A stretch of 64,000 nucleotides of DNA from an uncultured Gammaproteobacteria bacterium (GCA_964540055.1 CAZILC010000003.1:21599-85598); one strand, 5' to 3'; counted from the stretch's first letter, positions 21,481-30,965 are shown. Notes: generated by a model not told the origin, from the letters alone. Numbers and translations: made by a program.

Positions 21481-22734
21481 TTATGTCAATGAAGCAGGAT
21501 GTTTATTTTTCAAATTTTTTTCAATTGCCGCATAGGCGAATAATAAAAAGAATTGTGTACATGCGATGATAACAGGCGCAAATCTCAATGCAAATGTATT
21601 AGTGGTAAGATGCAAAATTAATAAAAAAAGTAAAATACCTACTACTCTGCCTCCATTGAGATAAATTTCCTGATCACATACATAAGCATAATGCTGATTT
21701 TGGTCTTTGTTGTCATTGTCTATTAAATCGTAATTTACTGAACTTCCACCTACCCAAATAAATTGCTGTGATAAGGCTTGAGCTGCGAAGAAAATGAGTA
21801 CTCCAAGGGCTGAATAAAGGAGGCCAAATATGAATGTACCAAGAATAGCAAAAAGAATACCAATAAAAATAAGTTGCAATCTATGGCTTGTATTTAATGA
21901 TTTTCCCACCCAATAAATAAGTAAGCTTGCTATGACGGCAGAAATTGATTGGACGATTCCTAGAGTTGCTTCATTCCCGATTAATATAAGCACAACCAGA
22001 ATCGGAATAAAATAGGTTACCGAGTTGAGGAGGCCAAAAATAAATTGTATCCATCGGAATATAGTCCAGTTCTTATTACTATTTTTTACCAATAAAGGAG
22101 GTTTGCTAGATTGTCCCGCAGTGATTGATTTACTTATGGTACCAATCCACAAAATCACCCCGATCATATATGCGACCAACAACTTGTATCCTTGCAATGG
22201 TGTGTAAAGATGAATAATGGTGCCAAAGGTAATAAATAACCCTATGAGTGCGGGGATGATAACTGAAGTAATTGTACCTGAGGCGCTTTCAATACTTGAG
22301 AAATAAATTCTGTCATGTGTTGAGGTAGTTTTCAGGGTTAACAGATTACGATTAGCCCAATAAACTCCCGCAAACAATCCATCAACAAGACTAAATATGA
22401 TAACCGCAGGAAGCGTTATTGTGGGAAGAAACATCAGAAATAGAATAGCAATTCCGTCAACAAGTAACGAAACTGTGTACGGTATCGCAGGTGCATATTT
22501 ACGCAACAAGTAGCCATTTACATAAAACCCTAGGGGGATAACGGCATACAAAATAAGATTGTAGATTGATATGGTAACGATATCGTGCGTTTGTCTCCAG
22601 AGAAAGGCGTCAATAAAAACGCTAAATAGTGGTCCGATAAAGTTATAAAGAAAAATTGTCTTTATGAGTTTTTGTGCATCTGAGTGGAGTTGGTGAAAAT
22701 ATGATTTTTCTTTCCCAATGAATTCTTTAATCAC
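21481..22734 (-). CDS. MFS-like transporter (about 12 TM)
   Basis: Two 6-TM halves, VFIDAFLW, GVYWANRN, EIYLNGGRVVG; GTG start 6 nt after TAAAAT. Confidence 0.8.
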   Translation of the reverse strand: MIKEFIGKEKSYFHQLHSDAQKLIKTIFLYNFIGPLFSVFIDAFLWRQTHDIVTISIYNLILYAVIPLGFYVNGYLLRKYAPAIPYTVSLLVDGIAILFLMFLPTITLPAVIIFSLVDGLFAGVYWANRNLLTLKTTSTHDRIYFSSIESASGTITSVIIPALIGLFITFGTIIHLYTPLQGYKLLVAYMIGVILWIGTISKSITAGQSSKPPLLVKNSNKNWTIFRWIQFIFGLLNSVTYFIPILVVLILIGNEATLGIVQSISAVIASLLIYWVGKSLNTSHRLQLIFIGILFAILGTFIFGLLYSALGVLIFFAAQALSQQFIWVGGSSVNYDLIDNDNKDQNQHYAYVCDQEIYLNGGRVVGILLFLLILHLTTNTFALRFAPVIIACTQFFLLFAYAAIEKNLKNKHPASLT

Positions 22735-22751
22735 TTGTTTATTTTATCAGA

Positions 22752-23429
22752 TTAAAGGCTGAGTAGTGTATTTTCTATGGCAAAACGAGGGTTCACATTG
22801 GTAGTTTTGAGAAGCGTGTGGAGGGATTGGAGATGTATAAGAGCATCACGGGTATCACGAGTGTCATAAGCTTCATTTATAGATTCAATCAGATTTTTTC
22901 GTAAAATAACAATCATGTTTTCGATCCATTTGAGGGCTTTTTCTTTGTCTTTGGCCAGTTGTTCTGCTTGTTTGAGTCTGGCGCCAATGGAGAGATCTGG
23001 CAGTGATTGTACGAAAAAATTGAGCTCCGTGATTGTTTCCTGTTTCAGTTCTTTTTTCTCTTCTTCCAAAATAATAATCTGGCAGCGTGAGAGAATTGTC
23101 GGGAGCAAATCATCCTGACTTTCTGTACCGAGCATAATATGTGTATGAGCCGGAGGTTCTTCTAGTATTTTAAGAAGCGCGTTTTGTGCCTCTGGTGTGA
23201 GTAATTGTGCATCCTCAATGATAACCAGTTTGTATTCACTTTTTATAGGTTTGAGGAATACTTTTTTGTGGATTTGTTTGACTGTCTCAATGCCGATGCT
23301 TTGTGCTTTTGTTTCATCTTTTTCAAGAATAGTAATATCAAACGCATCTATTTGGTGCTTCGTAGCGTGCTCTTTTTCAAAAGCCTCTCTCTTCTTTTTC
23401 TCTTTTGCAACAACAATAAAACTTACCAT
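22752..23429 (-). CDS. holB: DNA polymerase III delta' subunit (short form)
   Basis: IGIETVK, IIEDAQLLTPEAQNALLKILEEPP, LLPTILSRC, C-terminal NVNPRFAIE. Confidence 0.85.
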   Translation of the reverse strand: MVSFIVVAKEKKKREAFEKEHATKHQIDAFDITILEKDETKAQSIGIETVKQIHKKVFLKPIKSEYKLVIIEDAQLLTPEAQNALLKILEEPPAHTHIMLGTESQDDLLPTILSRCQIIILEEEKKELKQETITELNFFVQSLPDLSIGARLKQAEQLAKDKEKALKWIENMIVILRKNLIESINEAYDTRDTRDALIHLQSLHTLLKTTNVNPRFAIENTLLSL

Positions 23430-23502
23430 ATATGAAAGATGGTTTTCATAATACAAAAGTCCCAATTACTTAGGAGTTTTATAAATACTCTGTATTAAAA
23501 AA

Positions 23503-23919
23503 CTAAGCAGCTCGTCGAGCTCTTTGTGGTCTTGGTGCACTACCTGCTTGTGCGTCAGGACGTGCTTGACCGACTGCTCTTGGCTGATCAGGTCTTTGTG
23601 CTCCACCGATACGTGGGCTCTCAACAGCGCCCGGTGTGCCTCCCATTCTAGGAAGCCTATAAACAGTTGCTTCGGTAGCAATACCAGGTTTGCCAGGGTG
23701 TTTTTCCTGTTGTCCTTGTATTCCAGCTACTTGTACATCTGGTCGTAGAGCTCCTGGTGCTTGAGATGTTTGTTCTGTAGTAGCACCCGTTGCACTAACA
23801 ACCCTCAAATCAGCTCTTGCAGTACTACCTGTACGTTCACCATTGCCAGTAATAACTTTGGCTGGTACGGTCCACGTGTCTCGTCTATCTCCGGAAGTAT
23901 CTGATTCTCCGTTAATCAT
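23503..23919 (-). CDS. Hypothetical, intrinsically disordered Arg/Gly/Pro/Gln-rich protein
   Basis: Perfect SD AAAGGAGGTGA 4 nt before ATG 23919 (MINGESD...). Confidence 0.65.
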   Translation of the reverse strand: MINGESDTSGDRRDTWTVPAKVITGNGERTGSTARADLRVVSATGATTEQTSQAPGALRPDVQVAGIQGQQEKHPGKPGIATEATVYRLPRMGGTPGAVESPRIGGAQRPDQPRAVGQARPDAQAGSAPRPQRARRAA

Positions 23920-24025
23920 AGTCTCACCTCCTTTCAAAACAAAATCTAATCGCAGTATATACCCATAATGAAACCATGACAAGTTTTTTTTACTTACTAA
24001 CGTCATATGCTATAATGCAACTATT

Positions 24026-24280
24026 ATGAGACATGAATCACATACTGGAGGGCGATTGAGAGATAAAACGTCTATGCCTGGAGCAATAGAGACAGTAGGT
24101 GCAGTAGCTACTACAGATGCAGCAATATGGTTAGGATATTCTGCAGCTTCAGGGAATACTACTGCAACTACTATTTGCGCTATTGGAACTGCAGCTGGAC
24201 TAGTGGGAACAATATTTATGGACCATCTTCGACGAAAAAATAAGAGAGAGAACCGCTTACAGGCTCCACACAGAAGATAA
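24026..24280 (+). CDS. Small protein with Gly/Ala/Thr-rich helical hairpin and basic tail
   Basis: TGcTATAAT 9 nt upstream; two small-residue hydrophobic segments. Confidence 0.7.
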   Translation: MRHESHTGGRLRDKTSMPGAIETVGAVATTDAAIWLGYSAASGNTTATTICAIGTAAGLVGTIFMDHLRRKNKRENRLQAPHRR

Positions 24281-24302
24281 AAATAAAGGAATTAGCTTTT
24301 CC

Positions 24303-24331
24303 TTGACTCCTGAGTAGTTATTTTTTACTAT
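24303..24331 (+). promoter_or_regulatory. Sigma70 promoter of pilB, leaderless
   Basis: TTGACT-17 nt-TACTAT, 7 nt before ATG 24339. Confidence 0.75.
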
Positions 24332-24338
24332 TAGAATA

Positions 24339-26078
24339 ATGCCCGGTTTAAATTCCGCTCCATCTGTTATGCAAGATCAGTCCAGTCTTTCTCTTCTGGA
24401 TATGCTTCTTGCAGATCATCTACTCACCGATCAACAATATCAGCAAGTAAAATTAAAAAGCGATGAAGGTGGTCAATCGACAGTCGATGTCCTCAAATCC
24501 ATGCATATCATTCCCGATTCCAAAATCGCGGAAGCACAGGCAAAAATCATTGGTGTTCCCTATATTTCTCTGGGGACAGTTTCATTTTCTCCTCAGGCGT
24601 TGAGTTTTCTCTCCCGATCAGTCGTCGAACGGTTTTCGCTGATTCCCTTCGCCTATGATGATGGCACCAAGACACTTTCAATAGCCATGGCCAATCCAGT
24701 TGATCTTGATGCACTTGCTTTTGTCCGTCAGAAAACCGGCCTCATAATCAAATCATTCGCAGCTGATCCTGCAGAGGTACTCGGAGCAATTGATCAGCAA
24801 TATCAGCAGTCAATTGTTGGTGAAGTTGGTGAAGCTATTAAAGAGACTGAAGAATTTTCTGATAATAAGACAGTTGATAAAGAAAAAATCGCGCAAATTA
24901 TTCATGATGCGCCAATTGCCAAAATCGTATCGACAATTCTTGAATATGCTGTTAATAGTAGATCATCAGATGTGCATATTGAACCGCTCAATGATAAGTT
25001 GCGTGTCCGATACAGAATTGATGGTATTTTGTATGATAAATTGAGTCTTCCCAAAAATGTCCGCGATTCACTAACGTCCCGTATCAAGATTTTGGCTGAA
25101 CTTAAAATTGATGAACATAGGATTCCTCAGGATGGACGGTTTAATTTCAAAATTGATAAGCAGGAAGTTGATATTCGTGTCTCAATTATCCCGACAGTTC
25201 GGGGCGAAAAAATTGCTTTGCGTCTTCTGTACAAATCCGGTGGGATACCATCGCTTACTGATTTGGGAATGGGCGGAACAGCACTCAAGTCACTCGAGAC
25301 GGCAGTTCTTAGACCGCATGGGATCATTCTTGTTTGCGGACCGACCGGATCGGGAAAAACTACAACGCTTTATTCGGTACTTTCCCGTTTGAATACCACG
25401 CGGGTAAATATTTCTTCATTGGAAGATCCGGTCGAATATGAAATGCCCGGAATTAATCAGGTTCAAATTAATGCAGGAGTAGGATTAACGTTTGCATCCG
25501 GATTGCGGGCATTTTTGCGTCAGGATCCAAATATCATCCTTGTTGGTGAAATTCGTGATAAAGAGACAACCGATCTGGCAATTCAGGCCGCTCTTACCGG
25601 CCATTTGGTGTTTTCAACGCTTCATACGTCCCGCGCAGCCGGAGCACTTCCACGTTTGATTGATTTGGGTTCTGAAAGTTTTCTTCTTGCATCAACAGTC
25701 AACGCGATAGTTGGTCAAAGAATAGTGCGTAAAATCTGTCCGCATTGCAAAGAATCATATATACCACCTCCTCAATTAATGGATGAAGTTAAACGAGTTC
25801 TTATTACACTCTTCCCAACATCAGGTGATGGCAAATTTTATCGCGGGAAAGGGTGTCAGGAGTGCGGTGGTCTTGGTTATTTAGGAAGAATGGGGATTTA
25901 TGAAGTGTTGGTATCGTCAGAAAAAATTGCGAGACTTATGGTCGAGGGAAAGGACGAGCAAAAAATTGAAGATCAGGCAATTGCTGAGGGAATGATCACG
26001 ATGAAACAAGATGGCTACTTGAAAGTTTTGAAAGGAGATACTACTATGGAAGAGGTGCTCCGAGTAGCGCAAGAATAG
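24339..26078 (+). CDS. pilB: Type IV pilus assembly ATPase PilB/GspE
   Basis: SSDVHIEP, RYRIDG, PQDGRF, GPTGSGKTTT, LEDPVE, LRQDPNIILVGEIRD, STLHT, CPHC...CQEC. Confidence 0.95.
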   Translation: MPGLNSAPSVMQDQSSLSLLDMLLADHLLTDQQYQQVKLKSDEGGQSTVDVLKSMHIIPDSKIAEAQAKIIGVPYISLGTVSFSPQALSFLSRSVVERFSLIPFAYDDGTKTLSIAMANPVDLDALAFVRQKTGLIIKSFAADPAEVLGAIDQQYQQSIVGEVGEAIKETEEFSDNKTVDKEKIAQIIHDAPIAKIVSTILEYAVNSRSSDVHIEPLNDKLRVRYRIDGILYDKLSLPKNVRDSLTSRIKILAELKIDEHRIPQDGRFNFKIDKQEVDIRVSIIPTVRGEKIALRLLYKSGGIPSLTDLGMGGTALKSLETAVLRPHGIILVCGPTGSGKTTTLYSVLSRLNTTRVNISSLEDPVEYEMPGINQVQINAGVGLTFASGLRAFLRQDPNIILVGEIRDKETTDLAIQAALTGHLVFSTLHTSRAAGALPRLIDLGSESFLLASTVNAIVGQRIVRKICPHCKESYIPPPQLMDEVKRVLITLFPTSGDGKFYRGKGCQECGGLGYLGRMGIYEVLVSSEKIARLMVEGKDEQKIEDQAIAEGMITMKQDGYLKVLKGDTTMEEVLRVAQE

Positions 26079-26080
26079 TT

Positions 26081-27148
26081 ATGGACATTCAAGAACTGTT
26101 ATCACTGACAATTAAAAATAAAGCATCGGATTTGCATTTGATGGTTGGCTTGCCTCCGACCTTTCGTATTGACGGCGCTCTTCGGTATCTGACAACGTAT
26201 CCTGCTCTTAAGACCGCAGATCTTGAGGCAATGATATTTTCGATTCTTACTCCCGAACAGAAAGAGTTACTGCTTACCAATAAAGAGCTTGATTTTTCAT
26301 TCGGATTCCGTGGAAAAGGTGCGACCGAGAATGGCCGGTTTCGTATTAATGCCTATTTTGAAAAAGGAACTGTTGCAGCGGCTTTGCGTTTTCTTGCACC
26401 GGGGGTTAGAACTGTTGAGGAATTAAGCCTTCCTAATGTCGTTCATGATTTTGCCAAACTCAAACAAGGATTCGTTCTTGTCACCGGTCCAACCGGTCAT
26501 GGCAAATCGAGTACGCTTGCTGCTCTGATTAATGAAATCAATTTAAATAAATCATGTCATATCCTAACTATTGAGGATCCGATTGAGTATGTGTATCCCA
26601 AAGGCAACAGCATTATCTCCCAGCGTGAAATGAGTATTGATACGCATTCATGGTCTATGGCACTTCGTTCTTCCCTTCGTGAAGATCCGGATGTTGTTCT
26701 TATCGGTGAAATGCGTGATCCTGAGACAATGCAGGCAGCAATTACCCTTGCAGAGACCGGCCATCTAGTACTTTCAACATTGCATACTAATTCTGCATCC
26801 CAAAGTATTGATCGTATTGTCGATGCGTTTTCGGCCGATCAACGGTCACAGATCCGCATACAGCTTGCCGCAACGCTTAAGGGTATTATCTCGCAACGTT
26901 TAGTTACCAAAATTGGCGGTGGTCGAATTCCGGCAGTTGAAGTATTACTCGGAACACCTGCTGTTGCAAGTAATATCCGGGATGGAAAATCACATCTGAT
27001 AGACTCGGTTATTCAAACCTCAAAAGACATGGGCATGATAACAATAGATGAATCTTTGGCAAATCTTGTTAAAGAAGGTATTATAACGATCGATGATGCC
27101 AGATCCTATGCTCTACGCATAAATGAACTTGAGAGACTGGTTGGATAA
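26081..27148 (+). CDS. pilT: Type IV pilus retraction ATPase PilT
   Basis: ASDLHL, GRFRINAY, GPTGHGKSST, IEDPIE, LREDPDVVLIGEMRD, TLHTNS, AVASNIRDGK. Confidence 0.95.
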   Translation: MDIQELLSLTIKNKASDLHLMVGLPPTFRIDGALRYLTTYPALKTADLEAMIFSILTPEQKELLLTNKELDFSFGFRGKGATENGRFRINAYFEKGTVAAALRFLAPGVRTVEELSLPNVVHDFAKLKQGFVLVTGPTGHGKSSTLAALINEINLNKSCHILTIEDPIEYVYPKGNSIISQREMSIDTHSWSMALRSSLREDPDVVLIGEMRDPETMQAAITLAETGHLVLSTLHTNSASQSIDRIVDAFSADQRSQIRIQLAATLKGIISQRLVTKIGGGRIPAVEVLLGTPAVASNIRDGKSHLIDSVIQTSKDMGMITIDESLANLVKEGIITIDDARSYALRINELERLVG

Positions 27149-27152
27149 ATAT

Positions 27153-27256
27153 AATTTTCCATTTTTCATATTCCTTTTTCCATTGATTTTTGATTAACAA
27201 TTGCACATTGAACGATTGAAAATACATGGTAAACGGCAAATGGCCAATGGAAAATT
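27153..27256. repeat. About 104-bp palindromic intergenic element built from heptamer-like units
   Basis: Perfect 11-bp terminal inverted repeat AATTTTCCATT ... AATGGAAAATT; pyrimidine-rich left arm mirrored by purine-rich right arm. Confidence 0.7.
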
Positions 27257-27262
27257 ACACTT

Positions 27263-28468
27263 ATGAGACTTTATTACCGAGCGGTAACGCAAGATGGAAA
27301 AACGGTTCGTGGCTTAATTGAAGCGAAAGATGTGAGCGAAGCTGCACTCTATCTTCGACAACATCAATTTATTCCTGTTCAAATAATTGCCGAAAACAAA
27401 GCCGGTTTGACAAGATATTTATCGCTCCTCCATCGGACCAAAGCCTCAGATATTGTCTTTTTTACTCGCCAGCTGGCATCAATGATTACCTCAGGACTGA
27501 CGCTTCTGCAAGCGCTAAATGTCTTAAAAAATCAGGTCCAAAATGCAGCTTTGTCTGAAATGATTCAAGGTATTATTACTGATATTGAAGATGGAGCAAT
27601 GCTTTCAAAGGCTCTTGAAAAATATCCATCTGCATTTTCCCCGATCTATGTTGCCCTAGTCAAAACGGCAGAAGCATCAGGTCTTTTGGATAAAGTACTC
27701 ACAAGGCTTGCTGAGAATCTGGAAAAAAAGGAACAGCTAATTCGTACAATTCGAGGGGCGTTATTATATCCGATCATTGTTGTAGTCATGATGGTACTTG
27801 TCATGGTGGTTATGATGATTTATGTCGTGCCGCAATTAACTGTTCTGTATGGTAATTTGAACATGAGTCTCCCCTTACCGACTGTTATTGTCATTGCAAT
27901 GTCAAACTTTTTGACTCATTACTGGTATATCGCAATAACGTTATTTGTAATCATTTCGGTTTATCTTAAAAGCTGGCATAATAAACCATCAGGTAAAAAA
28001 ACAACCGATGCGTATGTTCTCAAGTTGCCGATTTTTGGACAATTGATTCGGGACAGTATGATGGCTGAATTCGCCAGGACGTTATCTCTTTTGATTAGTT
28101 CAGGCTCACTCGTTGTCGAATCTTTGGTAAAAAGCAGTGATGTGGTGGGAAATGTAATTTATAAAGACGCGATTGGTCTGGTCGCCAAACGGGTTGAGAA
28201 AGGCATTTCGATTGGAGATGCAATGGCTGCTTCTCCTCTATTTCCCCCGATGGTTGTTGAAATGGTGAAAATCGGTGAACAAACCGGAAAATTGGATAGT
28301 TCACTTCTTAAAGCTTCTGAATATTATGAACGTGAGGTTGAAGAAAAGGTAAAGACCATGACGACACTGATGGAGCCAATAATTATGGTTCTTCTGGCTT
28401 TAGGTGTGGGATTTTTAATTATTGCCATCATTACACCGATTTATAACCTTATTTCAAATATTAGTTAG
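27263..28468 (+). CDS. pilC: Type IV pilus platform protein PilC/GspF
   Basis: FFTRQLASMITSG, ALLYP, VVPQL, LPLPT, IGEQTGKLD, LMEPII; 3 TM. Confidence 0.95.
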   Translation: MRLYYRAVTQDGKTVRGLIEAKDVSEAALYLRQHQFIPVQIIAENKAGLTRYLSLLHRTKASDIVFFTRQLASMITSGLTLLQALNVLKNQVQNAALSEMIQGIITDIEDGAMLSKALEKYPSAFSPIYVALVKTAEASGLLDKVLTRLAENLEKKEQLIRTIRGALLYPIIVVVMMVLVMVVMMIYVVPQLTVLYGNLNMSLPLPTVIVIAMSNFLTHYWYIAITLFVIISVYLKSWHNKPSGKKTTDAYVLKLPIFGQLIRDSMMAEFARTLSLLISSGSLVVESLVKSSDVVGNVIYKDAIGLVAKRVEKGISIGDAMAASPLFPPMVVEMVKIGEQTGKLDSSLLKASEYYEREVEEKVKTMTTLMEPIIMVLLALGVGFLIIAIITPIYNLISNIS

Positions 28469-28540
28469 TGTGCAACCATCTTCTTAATTCATCATGCAGG
28501 ATTGTCGATATAAGAAAAGGTGTACTGCAACCTTCGTATA

Positions 28541-28933
28541 CTACTGTGCGTTCTGTGCGGTTTCTCCGAGGAATTTTTTGACTTGGGAAACAAGATCTGC
28601 CGGTGTAATATCTGCTTTGATGATAAAAGCTGCTGCACCGCTACTCATGGCTTCTTTTATCAATGGATCATGATCAAGATTGGTAAGAAGAATAATGGGG
28701 CCGTTTTTTACTTGCGGTGGTGTTTTATTAAGAGTAGAAATAATTCCTAATCCATCAAGTTTGGGCATCATGATATCAAGCAGTATGATATCATAACCTC
28801 CTTGTTGCAGTTTGTTCAGTGCCTCTTCACCATTGGAAGCTGTATCAACGGTATACCCTTCATCTTTAAGAACTTCTTCATAGAGTTCTCTGATATACAT
28901 GTCATCATCGACTACTATTACTCTTTTTGCCAT
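28541..28933 (-). CDS. Single-domain response regulator receiver
   Basis: VVDDD, LLDIMMPKLDG (phospho-Asp), LTN, IKAD; no output domain. Confidence 0.93.
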   Translation of the reverse strand: MAKRVIVVDDDMYIRELYEEVLKDEGYTVDTASNGEEALNKLQQGGYDIILLDIMMPKLDGLGIISTLNKTPPQVKNGPIILLTNLDHDPLIKEAMSSGAAAFIIKADITPADLVSQVKKFLGETAQNAQ

Positions 28934-29068
28934 AATAAGCTGATTATTGAAGAATTAGATTGAATTGTCAATACTACTTATTTAAGTTTCGTGATTTCAC
29001 CTCACTAATGAATATCATAAGGAAATCAATTGCAAAAGTTCATGGATAAGTTTACAATGCCTGGTATT

Positions 29069-29263
29069 ATGGGAATAGAATATGAGCAACATATGCAACC
29101 GGAACTGGTGCGCTGTGCAAGTTGCGGCATAAAGTTAGTTCGACCTATGCAAATAACGTGCTCTCCAGATTGTGCCAAAAAAAGAGAAGAGACTACTATA
29201 AAACAAATTCTCAAATTGGGCTTTAGAACACGTCGATTACACATTATTACAAAATTTAAATGA
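29069..29263 (+). CDS. Small putative zinc-finger protein
   Basis: CASC...CSPDC motif; TTGCAA-17-TACAAT promoter 10 nt before ATG 29069 (MGIEYEQ). Confidence 0.55.
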   Translation: MGIEYEQHMQPELVRCASCGIKLVRPMQITCSPDCAKKREETTIKQILKLGFRTRRLHIITKFK

Positions 29264-29371
29264 GAAGGTACGAAAATGCTTGCCAAGTTATAAAAGTATT
29301 TTGTAATTGGTAACCTAGACCATGATACATGGTTGAAAAAATATTATAGGTTATACTACGATGCGTATCCT

Positions 29372-29550
29372 ATGCCTGAGCGAGGTTCACTACCAGAGGG
29401 AAAAATCAATCTTTTTGATCTTGATCCCAAAACCAGATCTTTAGAACGTGTAAGATGGGTTCGAAGTCTGAAAATTTTAAACAAATGATTGAAGTATGCA
29501 ATGTCTTAGGAGATCAAGAAAAACTCCACACCTATACGAGTTGGTTATAA
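29372..29550 (+). pseudogene. 38-aa ORF MPERGSLPEG... (stop 29488), possibly a frameshifted remnant continuing in another frame to 29550
   Basis: TATACT upstream; N-terminus resembles neighbouring orphans; overlapping alternative frame ...SKSENFKQMIEVCNVLGDQEKLHTYTSWL*. Confidence 0.3.
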
Positions 29551-29569
29551 CCGCACTTCTTCAGTGAGT

Positions 29570-29998
29570 TTATGCTGATCTGCCGCCGGGATACTGTGGT
29601 CTGGGATTAGGTTTTGGTGGCGGATTTGTAGGTACAGGAGTTCGGCCTTTTGTATAGGTAAATATGTGCGTAATTGCCATTTGATCCGGACGGTTTGGTA
29701 CCGTATCCATAAGTGCATGTGTGAGGATTTCATCGTTTATATGATATTCTTGTGCTGCATTGTTTTTATTAGTGCTATCCACTCCTTTAGCAAACAACCG
29801 TAAAATAGCACGTCCGGTTCGTAATGTGGTTAGTACGCCAGTTTCTCCTGAGTCCTTCAAAGGATAGATTTGAATCTTTTCAGTAATAATGCGCCGCGGT
29901 GGAGTAGTATCGATCAGCATATCAAAAGTAATACCATAATCCCCATCAGCCCGCGTATTAACAATATACGGCGGATGTATCACTCGTTCTTCAATCAT
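29570..29998 (-). CDS. Hypothetical protein, divergent SsgA/SsgB-like (SALP) candidate
   Basis: PPYIV..DYGITFDMLID..KIQIYPLKDSGETGVLTTLRTGRAIL..DTVP aligns by eye with the recalled SsgB pattern DPYAV..EWVFARDLLAE..DVRVWPSRSHGQGVVCIALSSPEGEALL..AVP; TATAAT upstream. Confidence 0.5.
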   Translation of the reverse strand: MIEERVIHPPYIVNTRADGDYGITFDMLIDTTPPRRIITEKIQIYPLKDSGETGVLTTLRTGRAILRLFAKGVDSTNKNNAAQEYHINDEILTHALMDTVPNRPDQMAITHIFTYTKGRTPVPTNPPPKPNPRPQYPGGRSA

Positions 29999-30050
29999 AG
30001 GGGTAAAGTAAGCGTATTATATACTGAAAACGCAAAAATTGGACAGAAGT

Positions 30051-30965
30051 TTAAAAATTAATCGGTCCCACGTGTGGAAAGCCCGGCGGACGATCTGGGT
30101 TGAGGGCACCTTTGGCTATACTTTCTCTGATCGCGATTGCTCGTGCATGCTTTTCAACCTGGTTTAAGCCCTCTTGTGTGACCACACGGGACTTATTTCT
30201 TGACAACCGTGCATACATCACGTCTCTTATTCGAGTAACTCTGTCTACCATCGCATCGCTTAAAAAATCCTCTTTTCGCATAAAGACAGAGACGTCATAA
30301 TCGGTAACACCAGGAACTTTATATGTTTCATCAAGCATTTGTTGGATTGCTTGAGGATCGGATACGAGCTCTTTCTCACCTGTGTTCAGTAATGTCTCCC
30401 CCCCGTACGGATGAAAGCCAAGTCTATTTACGGCAAATTTTGCGAGCGTCGGGTTTGTTGTTCCTTCAATAAGCTCCGGCATTTCTTTCACGCGGCTCCT
30501 TTTTCTATATCCTTTTATTGTTCGTATCAGATCGACACTGCCTAAAAACATTGCTTCTTGGGCATGTTCATCCTGTTTTGTACTTACTGCGAATGGCTCG
30601 AAATGTAAATCGATAAATTTATCACCCTTTTTAAGATCTACTGCATAGCTCGGGTCTTTGATATCGCTAACACGATCATTTTTGCCGGTGACATACATGC
30701 TCAGGTTCACTGCGCCGACTGTTCCAAAGGTTGCAAGTTTGTGCATTTTTCTCAGTCGGTCTAAATCAAGGGTAGATAAGACAGAATAGAGACCTTCCGG
30801 ATCATCTTTATTAACACCAAGTGAATCAAGCTCTCGCCTGAGTGTTCTTCGATTAAGTGCTAGTTGAATTTCTTTACGAATCCCGCTTTGTACCTTCAAC
30901 CTCGGCACCTCTGCCTCCGTTTTAACAACAACTTCCCCTTCTGACATCCCGGCACCTTCCACCAT
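30051..30965 (-). CDS. Hypothetical protein with possible YkoP-like (GNAT-fold) domain
   Basis: LKKGDKFIDLHF ... EGTTNPTLAKFAVNRLGF resembles the YkoP pattern GDxxxELH ... GxT ... RLGF; start MVEGAG 7 nt after TACACT. Confidence 0.5.
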   Translation of the reverse strand: MVEGAGMSEGEVVVKTEAEVPRLKVQSGIRKEIQLALNRRTLRRELDSLGVNKDDPEGLYSVLSTLDLDRLRKMHKLATFGTVGAVNLSMYVTGKNDRVSDIKDPSYAVDLKKGDKFIDLHFEPFAVSTKQDEHAQEAMFLGSVDLIRTIKGYRKRSRVKEMPELIEGTTNPTLAKFAVNRLGFHPYGGETLLNTGEKELVSDPQAIQQMLDETYKVPGVTDYDVSVFMRKEDFLSDAMVDRVTRIRDVMYARLSRNKSRVVTQEGLNQVEKHARAIAIRESIAKGALNPDRPPGFPHVGPINF

